A stretch of DNA of 43,054 nt, taken from Proteromonas lacertae (Eukaryota). Shown in pieces: positions 23,644 to 37,727 of the stretch. How positions within the stretch are numbered: the first letter of the stretch is position 1; the number at the start of each line of letters is the position of its first letter. The translations under genes were made by a program, and so were the position numbers. The notes under the pieces are model-generated. The model did not search any database, had not been told where the DNA came from, and saw only the letters and a list, made by a program, of their open reading frames with translations. Location: contig NGBS01000056.1 in the NCBI GenBank assembly GCA_002245135.1, forward strand, positions 1-43,054. The letters are read 5' to 3'.

Positions 23644-26600
23644 ATGCGTTTGACAAGTTTATTGAGTATGTAGCCCTATTTTTATTATATAGTTTTGCTT
23701 GTTACGACTGTATCTGCACTTGAATGTTCATACGGAGTGGATAAAGTAAAAATTGGTTTATCTCAACCTTTTTTTCTTTTACCACCATTATGTGATTACA
23801 TTGATCCTCAATTTGTTTGTAATAGTGCTTTACCAGAAGGAATACAGTTTAATTCTACTTATGGAGGTTTTAATGGAGTTACCAATCAGAATGGCACAAC
23901 ATGGGAAGTGACTGTTGATGCATCATACTCAGGTCAGACTACTGCAATAAAGTTAACTTTTGAAGTAGGACAATTTGAAGATAATCAACCTGGTGTTACT
24001 GTGTTATATGCAGAAAGTCCAAGTAACAAAGAAATGGACCCATTATTCTTTGATAAAGTTTATTCAGGCCAACTATCATATGTTGCTTATCAATCAAATC
24101 AACTCAATATGAAGTGCTCAGACAGTGAGTATAAATCATGTCCATCTGCACTCGATATGGATATTACGAATATGTGGAACTATTGGTATTCATCTTTCAA
24201 ATCTCAAAATGACCAAGGATGGACATTCACAATGGATGTAGAAGATGAATATAACTTCTATATAGATAATGAACAATGTGTACTTGCAGAAAATACTGTT
24301 ACAAAAGTATTGTCAGAAGGTATTCATAATATCCAATTAAAAGCTATTAATTATGAATCAACTGCTAAATCATATGTTACTTATCAAAATACTGAAACAT
24401 CAGGTGAAACAGCAACTGAACCAGCTGTTGTTAGTTCTGAATACTTCAGTTCTTTGCCACCTGTTAATCAATATTTGAATTGGAGAACTTCTGATTTGAT
24501 ATTAGTAAAGAATCATTATCAAACTTTAACTGCTTATTATACTGGTTATTTAAGTTGGACAACTGAAACGAGTTTACCTGAAGGAATGTCAATTAAACAG
24601 TATGGTAGAATAGCTGGAACTCCAACAAAATTATCAGAAAATAAACCTTACAAAATCATTGGAAAATCATATGATAATACTTATTATAATACAACAATCT
24701 ATATGAAAGTATTAGATGACAAAAAAGAGAACATGATTCAAGGCTTAGATGGTTTATATTATGCATCTGCTGAAAGAGGTTGTGAATATAGAGAAATTGA
24801 TAGAACAATAGATTTCTTGAAATTTAGAAGAATTGATAAGAATGTGAATCATTTGAATGATGAACTTCAACAGTGGGATGGTTTAACAAGTACATTTGTC
24901 TCATCATTTACTGTTGATTGGACTGGTTTATTGAATGTTGAATATCCAGGTGATTATGTTTTCTTTATAACTGCAAATGGTGGTGTTAGATTTGAAATTG
25001 ATGGTCATTTAGTTGTTTCAAGTACTGAATGTTCAAAATCTACAAGTCAAGGTAAATATTCATTGAAATCTGGATTAGCTAATATTAAGTTATACTATTG
25101 GAAACCTGCTGGTGATTTGACTAAATTATTGAAATTAGAATGGTATCATTTATCATTAGGTAGACAAACAATTCCAGATTCAGCATTCTATCATATACCA
25201 AGATATCCAATATCTTATGATTATGAAACTTCTACTTATATCAAAGGAACACCAATTACTCAAAATTGTCCAACATTTGTTACTATTAATAAAAATGATT
25301 ATACTAATTATAAAATCACACCAAATTTACCATCTGGATTGAAAATGGATAGTAACACTCTTTGTATCAGTGGAACTATTGATGAAGAGAGAGAATCACT
25401 GAAAGATACATATTTTACATTGACTGCTGAACCAACTGTTGCTAGTGAGTTATCTCATCAACTTAGTACAAGATTTACATTATCATATGAAAGTTATTTA
25501 CCTCCTATTAGTATTACTTATCAACCAATCAATGGAAAGGTAGGTGAAGCTGTTTCATCCAAACCAATTATTGTTGGTGGTGGTTATTTAGTAGAAACAA
25601 GAAATGATTTACCAAGTGGTCTTAATTTGAATTCACAAACAGGTGAAATTTATGGATATCCATCTGAACCAGTTACTAATATGGTGGTTGAAATAATTGT
25701 TCGTAATGCAGCTGGTCAAATATCAGGATTTGTTACAATAACTATTGCTGATTGCGCAGCTGGAGAATATTTCTTTAGATTGAAGTACATTACTGGTTCT
25801 GGTAAAGGTTTAACTGTATCTGCAATGGCAAATGGCTATTCCTATTATATACAAGAAGATCATGAAGCTGATAAATTCTATGCAACTTATCAATGTATTA
25901 CTACTCCAAAAATCACTGTTAAATTCAGTCAAGTATCTGGAAGAGCTGGTACTTATAGTATTTATCAAAAATCAAATTATTTATTGGCATATGGTGAGTA
26001 TAATATTGGTAAACCAACTAATCTGGAGATTGATTTGGAAAATATTTCTGGAAAACCAGAAATTAAATATGATCCAATATCTTATTCATTTGTAGCTGGT
26101 GAATCTGTTTCATTTTACCCACAATTATTAAAATATGCTGTTACAGAGTATAGTTTATTTGAAGAATCGATTTTACCAAGTGGTTTATCTTTCAACAAAT
26201 CCACTGGTATGATATATGGTGAAGTTGATGCACAAACATCAGAAAGTGGATCGTTTAAGATTGTAGCAAAGAATAATGATGTTCAATCAGATGTAGTTAC
26301 AATTTCTTACACTCAATCATCAACATGTGAACAATCCAAAGTAATGGTTACTATTAAAGTGTTAGGAGGTAAAAGTGGACCAAATATGATATTAGTCGCT
26401 TCAGATTCATATGGCAATGTTATAACTAAATTATCAGGTTTAAAAGCTGGAAAAATTACACAGGTTAAGAAATGTTTAGCTGAAGGATCATACAATTTCC
26501 AATATGGTTCGTTAGATGGTTCAGCATGGGATGAATCATCATCAGTTGAATTATATAACAAAGATACGAAAGTAACAACATTACAGTTTATTGGTGGAAG

Positions 26601-29600
26601 TACAACTGCATTGTATAAGTTTTTATTACTTGAGCCAATTCCTACAAATGGACAATGGTCGTATTCATCAACTTATCAAGAAGATTGGAAAACTGCTCCA
26701 ACTGTATCATGGGAAAAAGCTGAAGGTGGAACATTCCCAAGACCAAATGCTACAAACACAATGTATTATAGATATAATATAAATATTGCTGATCCATCAG
26801 CTTATGGAAGATATGAAGTTGAAATAGATACTGATACAGGTTTTGTTTTTTATGTAAATGGAAGAGAACTTGTTAGAGATAGAATGCCAAAAGGTGAAAT
26901 AGCATATGAAACTAAATCTAATGCTGAAAAGAGTTTAAAGACTTTTACTATAATCGGTTTACCATCTGATTTTATTAGTGGAGATAATATAATTGCTGTT
27001 GAATCTCATAAAGGGGAATCTGAAGAATATGAAGAAGTAGATCCATTTACAGTAAGATTATCTCTCTATGATTATTCTTCAAATTGTTTAAATGTAGTTG
27101 GTAAATCAACTGGTAAAAATCCATCTGTTAAAGCTGTTTCTTCATCAAAAAACCCTGATTTAGAATGTGACACATGTGCTCAACGACTATTTGATGTTGA
27201 TGCCACAACGAAAATGTCTTTTAGTGTTTCTCTTGCTTCATATAGTCCATTAGAAATCGTTAGTAAGTTGATTAATAGATATACTGTATTAAACAGTTAT
27301 ATATTTGTCATAGCAGACGGTGATAGTTCAAGACATCCAAAGTCTTGGAAGCTTTATGCTACAACATATTTTGATAATGATAATACAAAATGGGAGTTGG
27401 TAGATGACAAATCATATATAAATTTACCTACAGAAAAATATACAAAGGTAACATTCACTGTTAATAATCCAACTACCAAATTATATAATGGATTTAAAAT
27501 CGCATTTACAGCACTTAGATATTCATGGTCAAATTACATTGAATTAGCCGATTATTATCCATCAATGTGTGGAGGTAATATGTGTTTAGCTACATATCCT
27601 TATCCTGCTACACCAGCTGGTTCAACTGCAAAAGTACCTTGTGTTGAAGGTTCTTCAAGCTATCGTACAAGATCATGTAAATCAGATGGAACATGGGATA
27701 ATGAAAATGTTAAGGAATGTACTGGAATTGATAGTTCCTTCTCATATCCAGATGTAGAAACATTAATGGTTTATGATTTAATAGATCCAATAAAACCAGT
27801 AATAAATGGATTAGTAGTGAATATAAGAGTAAGTGGATCTACACCATTACCTTCATCATTAACAGTTGATCCAGTTAGTGGTGAAATAAGTGGTATACCA
27901 AGAGAGACAATAACACCTGGTAAAAATTATTCAATAATTGCAGATACTCCAAGTGGTGAAATTACAGCCAATTTATTCTTAGAGATTAAAACTGCAAGTT
28001 GTGGAGATTCAGGAATATATCCAAATGAATTTCAAACCGTTAGATGTGAAATAGATCAAAGTGGTTATAGAACAAGAGAATGTTTACCAACATCACCACC
28101 TACATGGAGTAGTTGGGATGAAAGTGGTTGTACTAAAGGAAAAGCACCAAGATGCAATCTTACTATTACAGATTATATATTTACATTTAGACAAGCAATT
28201 ATTCCAATCAAACCAGATTGTGAAAATCAGTATAAAACAATTACTTTTGATAAGAATTTACCAACTGGTCTAACTGTTAATGAAAATGGAGAAATAGTAG
28301 GTACACCATTATCACCTATGAGAAAGTCACAGTATATAATGAAGATTATTACAGAAGATGGAGGTTATGATGAAATTACATTTTTCATTAGTGTATATGG
28401 TGTTTTGAAGAGTTGTAAATTGCCATATACAACAATTAATATACCACTAGATTCTTCAATAAAATTTGCTGAAGTTGTATGTGATGAATTAGTTGATGAA
28501 TATATTGCTGAAAACCTACCAAAAGGTTTTACAATTGATCCCAAAACATCCATAATAAGTGGTAAAGCAAGTGAAACAGGTGAATTTAACGCTAATATTA
28601 CTGCAGTTAATGTTTTAGGTTCTTATTCATTCACAGTTATTATTACAGCTGCTGATCTTGAAGATAATATATTATTGGTTGGAAGTCCAGATAAAACGGT
28701 TTATTCTTATGAAATGAATTCGTATGTAGATAAAGTAGTAAATGGTAACATGGAATTTGATTCAGCAGTAATGACAGAGAAATTTAGTGATTTTCATTCT
28801 GGTATTCCAGTAAATATTAATGGTATTATAAGAAATGAATATTTCTTATATGTTTTTTATGGTAATATAAGAATTGAAGAAGGCGGAACATATAAATTTG
28901 ACATTAAGGCAAATTATGATAAAGGTTTTTATATTGATGATATGTATAGTAACAGATGCGGTTATTCCACATGTGAAGTATCTGTTGATTTTGAAGCAGG
29001 AAGTGTTCATAAATTAGCATTCGGCTTTTATGATTCATTTACTAAACCAACATCTACAGTCTATACTGAATATAAATGGAAATGTCCGAAAATGATTGAT
29101 TATGAATTTATTCCTAATGAGATTTTCTTTAATACTGCATTATTTTTAAAGGAATTCTACTATCCTTCAAATGACTATATTTTTAATGTAAATCAGGATA
29201 TTGGTACAGTAAGTCCGATTATTGTAGGTTCATATACCAATATTACAGGACCAAAGAATTTACCAGCAGGATTATCATTAATAAATGGTGTATTACAAGG
29301 AATACCAACAGCTACAGTAAAAAGAACTGGTTATACAATCATATGTAATAGTAAAACATCTGTTATTGAAGTAAAGATTTTTATTACAGTTACTGATATT
29401 ACAATTGAAAATATGAATCATGGATTAGTAGGAAAATATTATACTTCTTCAGCTAGTATCCCTTGTAAGTATGAATCTGATCCAGATGAGGATAAATCAA
29501 ATACTTTATCTTATGAAAGAATTATCCCAACTTATTATCATGCACCATCAGCTGATGTTTGGGAAGGATTAAGTTCTGCATTTACATCTCAATATATAGC

Positions 29601-32600
29601 AAAGTGGGAAGGTTATTTGGATGTTACTGAAAGTGGAACATATGATTTTATCTTAGCAGCTGAAGATGGAGTAAGATTAATAATTGGAGATACAGTTATG
29701 ACAACTAAATCTTGTGGCTCAACCACTGTATCAAAGGAAGCTAGTTTAACTGAAGGTTTAACTCCAATCAAAGTCATTTACTGGAAAACAACAAACAGTG
29801 TTGTAAAAGCTGTTAGTATAAAATGGTCAAAATCAGCTAACAACCAAATTCCACTTCAAGAAATACCTGAAGCATCTTTATATTATAAACCAGCATCATC
29901 ATTGACTTACAATTATCCAATAGCAGTTTATCTTGTTGGTAGAGAAATACCAAAGAATGTTCCAATATTCTATACAATAGATCCAAATGATTTTAAATCA
30001 TTTTCTTGTAATCCTCCATTACCAAATGGTTTATTCTTAGATGCTACAAATGGTGAAATTACTGGTAAACCACTTCAAGTAGCTAAACTAGATACTTATA
30101 CAATTACAGTTGTAGGTAAAGATTATGATGAACAAACATTTACTATAAAAATTGCAGTAGATCCATATTCTCCACCACATAATTTAAAATACCAAGAAAT
30201 AAATGTATTGTTAAATGAAGAAGTAAATGTTAAACCAACAGTTGAGAATGGTGAAGATTTGACTTTCTATACAAATGATGTATTACCTCTAGGGTTGATA
30301 TTAGACAAAACTACAGGTGTTATTAGTGGTAATCCATCTTCTCCATATGATAATAGTATAACTGTTTATTGTTCAAATCCATCAGGTACAATAAATGCCA
30401 TAGTAAAAATAAAAATATCAGGATGTGAATTAACAACGACTTATGTTGAAATAGAATATTCAATAGGTAATAAAGAAATTGGATTTGTATTGATAGACAA
30501 AGATGACAATAGAGTTATAGAACAAACTAGTGGAAGTATTGATGCATATACAAGTAACAAACTAAAGTTTTGTATTGTAGAAGGTAAAATAACATTCATT
30601 TTAAATAGTACTGCAAAATTAGGTGGTTGTTATGCTATCCGTAATAATGGTAATCTTATCAGAAGTGGAGAATATAAAGATGTATTAGATAATATTGAAT
30701 TTGTTTTTGACACTTCAATTACTACACCAAAAATTTTAAAATATGAATCAGTAGATGATATATTCTACAGTAATATAGAATATAAATTCTATCCAGTTTT
30801 AGAAGGAGGTGCTTTACAATTCTTTATAGAAGATGAATATAAATGGCCAATTGGATTTTCATTAGATAAAAATACAGGTGTAATTACAGCAAAGTTAGCT
30901 TCAGGAACAAATAGTTATACATGTGATGTTTATGCAACATCTTCATCTGGTGTTAGGTCAAATACTTATTCTTTAAAAGTAGTAAGAACAGAATGTTTGG
31001 ATTCAATGGTAGGTGGTTATATATCAGCTGTAGAAGATGGAAATAATATGATTGTTGAAATGTTATTAGATGATAAAGTAGCTTTTTCATATTCAGGTTT
31101 ACCTTCAACATATTCTCGTTCATTTACATTTTGTTCATCTGCAAAATTAATAACAATGAAATATGGAAGTATTGATACAAAGAAGTGGAATAGTAACTCT
31201 ACCGTAAGTATTTTGCTTGTGAATAAGAAAACCAATTCATTAAATCATAAAGAAGATGGAGATATTGAAACTTTTACAAAGGAATTATATTCATTTGTAG
31301 ATGGAAAATCAAAATGGCAAGTTACAACCAATGAACCAGCTAGTAGTTGGATTGATGAATATCTAATCCCAACACCTAATGGATGGACTGAATATACATT
31401 TTCATCATTACCTCTTCGTGAAAAGATCACTACTTATTATAGAACCAAATTTACGTTTAATGATGATATAAGAAATATCACTTCATTGAATTTATATGTT
31501 ACATTTGATGCTGGTATAATATTGTATCTTAATGGAGTTGAGTTCTATAGAAGAAATTTACCATTAACTGGTGCTTATAATAACCGTCCAGCAATGAAAT
31601 ATTTTGATCCACCAATCGCAAAATCAATTTCAATTGGTCCACATTTGATAGTTAATGGAGATAATGTCTTATCAGTTGAAGTTCATAAACATGATAATAG
31701 TGAATATGCTGATCCATTAAATATGTTGCTATTACCAGTTTTTAATGAAATTGAGAATTGTCAAGTTAAGACTTTGTCAGCAACTGCTAAACCAACAATG
31801 AGAGCAGAATTGAAAGGTGCATCTCAAGAATATATTAATCCATTAGAAGGTGGTTATGATTTAAATCTTGAAACAAAATTTGTAACTGGTCAATTACCTT
31901 CAACAGTAAATGTTGATGTAAACTTTTATTGGCCTGATGACACAGCAGAATATTTCAATGAATTAGTATATATGAATTCTATAGATAGTCAAAGAGATCC
32001 AACAGATTATGAAATTTATGGTACATATGATGCTGATACTCCTGAATGGCTTTTATTAGGAAGTTATGGTCCAGTAGAAGATATTAGAGATTATACAACT
32101 ATCATAAATATTAATAATATTGACAGATCATATGAAGGATATAGATTCCATGTAAAAGCAGTAAGAGATACATCAACTGGTTGGGGACATTCATTGCAAA
32201 TTAAAGAATTTTTGGCTTTACAGTGTAAACCAGTTTATTGTGAAGAAGAAATGAAAAATGGAATAATGTGGAAGACTACAATTGCTGGTAATAGAGCTTA
32301 TGCTAAATCATGTGATGCTGATCAATATGGATTTAAAGAAAGATTATGCAGTAATAATAATAAAACTGGCGATATTTGAAGAAATAATAGATCATTGTGG
32401 TAAAAAACCAACCAAAATTGAATATCCAGAAATAATATTCTTTATTAATGAAAATTCTAATTTCACTCCAACAGTTGATGGTGGTATTGATAGTTATACT
32501 ATTGATTGTAAATTACCTCATGGTCTTCAATTTGAGACAAGATATGGTATTATAAAAGGAACTCCTGATATTACTGATGAAGTAAAAGATACTAAATGTA

Positions 32601-35437
32601 AAGTATATGGAATGTATGGAGATAATTATATTGTTGTAAATATTACTATTAGTACAAGATATATTCAATGCAAAGATGAGAATGGTATTTATCCTAATAC
32701 TGATGGTGGTAAATATGCTGAAGCTGCTTGTGCTTATGGATATGAAGGATTGAGAACAATTTATTGTGATAATTCTGATCCATTAGCTCCAGAATTTAAA
32801 AATGAAAATACTTCCGATTGTGTAATGTTAAAACCAACAATCAAATACTCCTTGGACACTATGACTTTACATTATGATGATCCAGTTGAATTTGAACCAA
32901 CAATATTTGGAGTAGAATATGAAGTATCATGTGATTCCTTGCCTAGTGGTTTGACTATAGATCCTAAAACAGGTAAAATCACTGGAAATGTGAAAGAAGC
33001 CACAGATTCAAACGGTAAAGTAGTTAAAGTTACTATTACAAATGCTGCAGGATCAAATACTGCTGAATTTACATTAATTATTAAAGATTATGCAGCTGAA
33101 TTAACTTATAGTTTCTCAAAATGGACATTCTATGTTGGTTTTAAGAATGAAACAACAGGTGTTTCTATAAATGGTACAAATGTGAAATTATTAAGAATGA
33201 ATCCTGAATTACCAAAATCTCTAACTGTTAATTTAGAGAATGGTGTTATATCAGGTAAAGTAGATGAAGGAACAAAGGAAAGTAGCGATACATATCAATT
33301 AATAGGTAGTAATTCTGAAGGTGAAGTAGAAAGTAATCCAATAACATTACAAATAATTCAACCAAAATGCCCTCAAAATGGAAGTTGGCCAGAGACAAAT
33401 AGTGGAGGAATAGCTATTTTAAACTGTCCAATTCATTATTCAGGAATTATGACTAGATTTTGTTCTAGAGAAATAAATCCAGTATGGCAAGAACCTATGA
33501 ATATGTGTGTGAAAAAAGAGTTATATTGTGAAGATGAAAATCATGTTTGGCCTAAAACTGAGGGAGGATATAATGTAACAATAACTTGTGGAAAAGGTTT
33601 TGTAGGTAATAGAACAAGAGAATGTGTATTAACAGATAATGATGAAACATATTTTGGTAATGAAGATAGAACTGGTTGTACAGCTGTTGATCCATCTATT
33701 AAATATGTAAGTGAAGATATGGTATTTGCATTAGATGAAGAATGTCCAGAGAATATTCCAGTCTTGAGAGACTTAAAACCTGATTCATATTTATATATTG
33801 TCCCAGCAATCCCAGAAGGAATGAGTTTTGATAATAAAACAGGTAGAATATCAGGAACACCAAGGAGATCTCAAATTAGAACAGATTATACAGTAGCAGG
33901 ATATGGCTTAGATGATGCTATGTATTCCACAACAGTTTACATTCAAATTACATCCGATTACACTAAATATATATTATATACTCGTCCTGATATGACATTC
34001 TATATTGGATTAAATGATTTGTCTCAAGAAGTTCCAAGAAAAGATGGTATAGTAAAGAAATGGTATGTTTTACCAGCATTGCCTAAGAACTTAGAAATAG
34101 GTACAGATGGTAAGATTTATGGAACAGTTGAGACTGGAACTCCATTATTAACAACTAAACATACAGTTTATGCTGAAGTAGAATTGACTAATCTAACTGC
34201 TCAAATAACTATAACAGTTAAACAGTCAGTTTGTGAAGGTGAAGTGTATAATGGTATTACTTGGCCAACAACAAATGGAAATGAAACTGCAATCGGTGAA
34301 TGTCCACCTAACTATGAAGGTACTCCAACAAGATTCTGTCCAATATCATCAAATGGTGATTGGTCAAATGATATTGTTGGTGAATGTATATCAAAAGCTC
34401 CATCATTTGAATATCCATCAACAACTTACAATTTAATTGTAAATACAAATATGACAAATATTGAACCAATCAATGTAAAGAATTCACCAAAATCCTATAT
34501 ATTAAGTTGTGATAATAGTGTTTTATTATTTGGAATTCGTTTTGATGATACTACAGGTATTTTCTCTGGTAGTCCAACTGACATATTTACAGCAAAATGT
34601 ACTGTTTATGCTAGAAACGATTTTGGTAGTTCTGCTGATGTTTCAATAATAATGAAAGTAACAAAGCCTCAATGTAAATATGAAAATGGATGGAAAGCAA
34701 CTGATGTTAATAGTTTTGCTATTTTACCATGTGAAACAGATTATGGTGTTATGTATAGAAAATGTTTAGAATTCAATGCAACTGATGGAGTATGGTCCAA
34801 CGAAATTGACAAGAGTCAATGTGTTAATAAACCTGTTGATCCTGAAAATGACTTTGTTAAATATGTATCATTAACATTAGATATAAGTGGTGTATCAAAT
34901 TCAGTTGATGATAATGCAGAGTTAGAAATTAAAGAGGCTGTTAGCAAAATATTAGGTATTGATGTAAGTAACATTTATATAAAAATATTAAGTAGAAGAA
35001 TGAGAAGATTTATGAGAAATTTACAAACAACTACTGCATCTACAAAGATTCAAGTTTACATTAAGACTGATGAACCAGAGAAAGTATCATCTGTTTTAGA
35101 AAGTGAAATAATTCAAACAGAAATAACAAATACATTAAAACAAAGTACAAAGACAGATATATTTAGAAACAGTGAAATAAAGATGGAAGTTGAAGCTGTT
35201 AATAATTCAGATGATGATAGTAGCAACTCTAATACAGGTGCAATAGTTGGTGGAGTTATAGGTGGTTTGGTTCTTTTGCTTATCATTGTTTTGGCTGTGA
35301 TATACTTCATCAGAACAAGCAATGCTGGAAGATTACGAGTAAAATCAAGAGCAAGGTCATTAACTCAGCCAATGAATAAAAGAGGTTCAATTGCTAAGGA
35401 TGAAGATGGTAAACAAACAGGAGTTGTTAGAATGTGA
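23644..35437 (+). CDS. Giant (~3,900 aa) type I membrane surface protein with He_PIG-type Ig repeats, PA14, jelly-roll carbohydrate-binding-like and HRM-like Cys modules
   Basis: Signal peptide MRLTSLLILLVTTVSA after removing 27-nt intron 23666-23692. Many LPxGLxxDxxTGxIxGxP repeats; PA14 FTVDWTGLLNVEYPGDYVF; WPxTxxG...C...RxC modules; TM GAIVGGVIGGLVLLLIIVLAVIYFI. The two ORFs join through one extra A near 32362-32365. Confidence 0.88.
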
Positions 35438-36282
35438 GTTTAAAAACTTATTATTATTATAACTATTATGAATATATATATATATATTTTCATATACTGT
35501 TTGCTGTTGGTTTAAAAAGGAAAAATAAAAAATGAACCGGATATATTTCCAAAATGAACTTGGCTTGAAAAAAGCTTGATTAACAATCTTTTCTAAAAAT
35601 GTCGAGAAGAACAATAGAAAATGAGTATAAAGTATGTCAAGCATATATGTATAACCGTAAGAATATCACTGTATGTGGGTAAACCGTACCAGACTATTCT
35701 TAGGTGCCTTCTACAGGTAAGAATAAGCGATTTGAGTGTGAATTAGTTTTTGGTACGGGTTATACTGGAGCAAGCGGTGAATTTAAAATTGTGTATATAT
35801 TTTAGTGTGTGAATAAATTTATGGGTTAAAATTTATTTTTATGTTTTTAATAGTTTGTAGTGTAGGATAGTAGAAATAAAGTGTATAAATAGAAAGGTAG
35901 CTACCTGTTCTACCCCGGCAGGGTAGCTACTTTATATAATAAGAAATGTATTTCTATGTAAGTAAGTAGCGTGTCCTGTGTAGCCTAGCTAGGACTTAGT
36001 GATTAAATAGTGTGGTGGCCAAGCTACAGAATACGTTCTTACTTTTTTTTAGTTATTTTTTCATTTATCAAATTAATAATGGATTTATATAGTGTAGTTA
36101 AAAACATTCAAAAGAATTTAAATAGTATCAAAAATATATATTTAAAGAATTATCTGCAGTATTCTATATTTTTTAATAAATCGAAATTCTGACGAGAAAC
36201 TGTTGTTATAAACAGAAAAAAGAAACAGTTTTGATTTTCCTGATATTTTAGAAAAACCGTTTTTATCAAAAAAATATAAAAT

Positions 36283-36762
36283 ATGTGTGCTTCAGTAAAC
36301 TTTGCTTTCTTTTGTTCATTTAGAAATAATGAAGATTATTTAGATAAGTGTATATGTGGAACATGTAAGTTTTACTTATATTTTAACCATAATATAAGTG
36401 CAGTTTTAGATAGTCCATTACCTAAGGAAGAGATAAAGTCTTATAATGAATTCTGTGCTATTTGTCATCAAAAGATGTGGACAAAGTACAGTGATAAGAG
36501 ATATTACATGATGCTTTTCGATATTAAACCATCAGTAAAACCAAGAGGATTAAATAGACATTATTTTGCAGTGTTTGATAAGTATATTGAATGGTTAACA
36601 CTACCTGAAGGAATGGGAAGTGTTCATTTGAAGAAGAATCCTATGCTGAAACATTATGTAAAGAAGAATTATATATTTGATGATAGTGATGATGATGAGG
36701 AAGAAGAAGCACAAGAAGAAGTTAAAGGAAACAATGATCAAACTACGATAAACATACTCTAA
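36283..36762 (+). CDS. Hypothetical viral protein with two CxxC pairs (putative Zn-binding) and an acidic tail
   Basis: CICGTCKF...FCAICHQKMW; DDSDDDEEEE; intronless. Confidence 0.6.
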   Translation: MCASVNFAFFCSFRNNEDYLDKCICGTCKFYLYFNHNISAVLDSPLPKEEIKSYNEFCAICHQKMWTKYSDKRYYMMLFDIKPSVKPRGLNRHYFAVFDKYIEWLTLPEGMGSVHLKKNPMLKHYVKKNYIFDDSDDDEEEEAQEEVKGNNDQTTINIL

Positions 36763-36897
36763 ATTTTAAAACGAATCTTTATCTTAAAATGATTTGGGAC
36801 AGGGTTTAAAAATATGCGTAATTTAATAAAAATCATATAATATAATAAAAATATAATAAATTTTATAATAAACATAATAAAATAATCATAATAAAGA

Positions 36898-37683
36898 TTA
36901 AAATGGTTCTGTAACACCTGTATCCATCCACTCTGTTATAATAACTTGAGGTGGGAATGCTTGATATGAATATGCATCAAGACCTTTTCGTTCTATATAA
37001 AGATTACATTTATTATTATTATTTCTTAATATAGGCCAAAAACATCCATAATCATTAATTGCAGGTTGTGAAGTTTCATTTATTACACCTTGTATAGGGA
37101 AGTATATTCCATTACTACCATCTACAAAGTATGTTTCTAATAATTTGTTATAATATTGTTGCAATAAATCTTCTTTACCTGGTTCAGCTTTAATAACATG
37201 ATTGTCATCTAGATATAATATAAATCCATAACCATCATCATGATTTTTTAAAACAAGGCCATTGTATATCTTGATTCTCATAAAATGTTCAAACATTTGT
37301 ATTTTTATAGGTACTTTTACAGTAGATTCATATTGATTGATCGAACCATCTTGAAATATATAGAAATTAACTGACCAATATGTATATTCAGTATGCAATA
37401 ATTTAGGTGATACAGAATTATTAACTATTGTAGTACTACCTCCAGAGCTATTATTTACAACATTATATATTTCTTGACATTTACCATATATAGTATTTGT
37501 AGTAGTTTTGATATCATTAACAGGTGTAATAATATTATTTATTTGAGTATCAGTATGATTATTAATAGGTTTAACAATAGTATCAGGATCAGTAGGTTGT
37601 ATATTTATTTTGTCAGCTATATCTTTAGCAAGCTTATCTGTATCAATATTTATATCTGAAGTATTTCGTTCCCCAATAAACAT
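36898..37683 (-). CDS. Hypothetical viral protein, possible fibre/spike
   Basis: Likely ATG 37683 (MFIGER). N-terminal I/N/T/D heptad-like stalk, SSGGS linker, beta-rich aromatic C-terminal domain. Last gene of the capsid module. Confidence 0.5.
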   Translation of the reverse strand: MFIGERNTSDINIDTDKLAKDIADKINIQPTDPDTIVKPINNHTDTQINNIITPVNDIKTTTNTIYGKCQEIYNVVNNSSGGSTTIVNNSVSPKLLHTEYTYWSVNFYIFQDGSINQYESTVKVPIKIQMFEHFMRIKIYNGLVLKNHDDGYGFILYLDDNHVIKAEPGKEDLLQQYYNKLLETYFVDGSNGIYFPIQGVINETSQPAINDYGCFWPILRNNNNKCNLYIERKGLDAYSYQAFPPQVIITEWMDTGVTEPF

Positions 37684-37727
37684 TTTTTGAATTAATAAAC
37701 AATAAAATAACAAAATTAATAAAAACA

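Noticed and set aside
35440..35660. Exact integration site and target-site duplication
   Set aside because: The element's right end is outside the window, so neither TIR nor TSD can be confirmed; the boundary is only approximate.
35972..36045. tRNA or pistol/hammerhead ribozyme
   Set aside because: An A-box-like word and TTAAATAG are present, but there is no T-arm GTTCRA or cloverleaf, no matching pistol pseudoknot and no CTGANGA/GAAA core.
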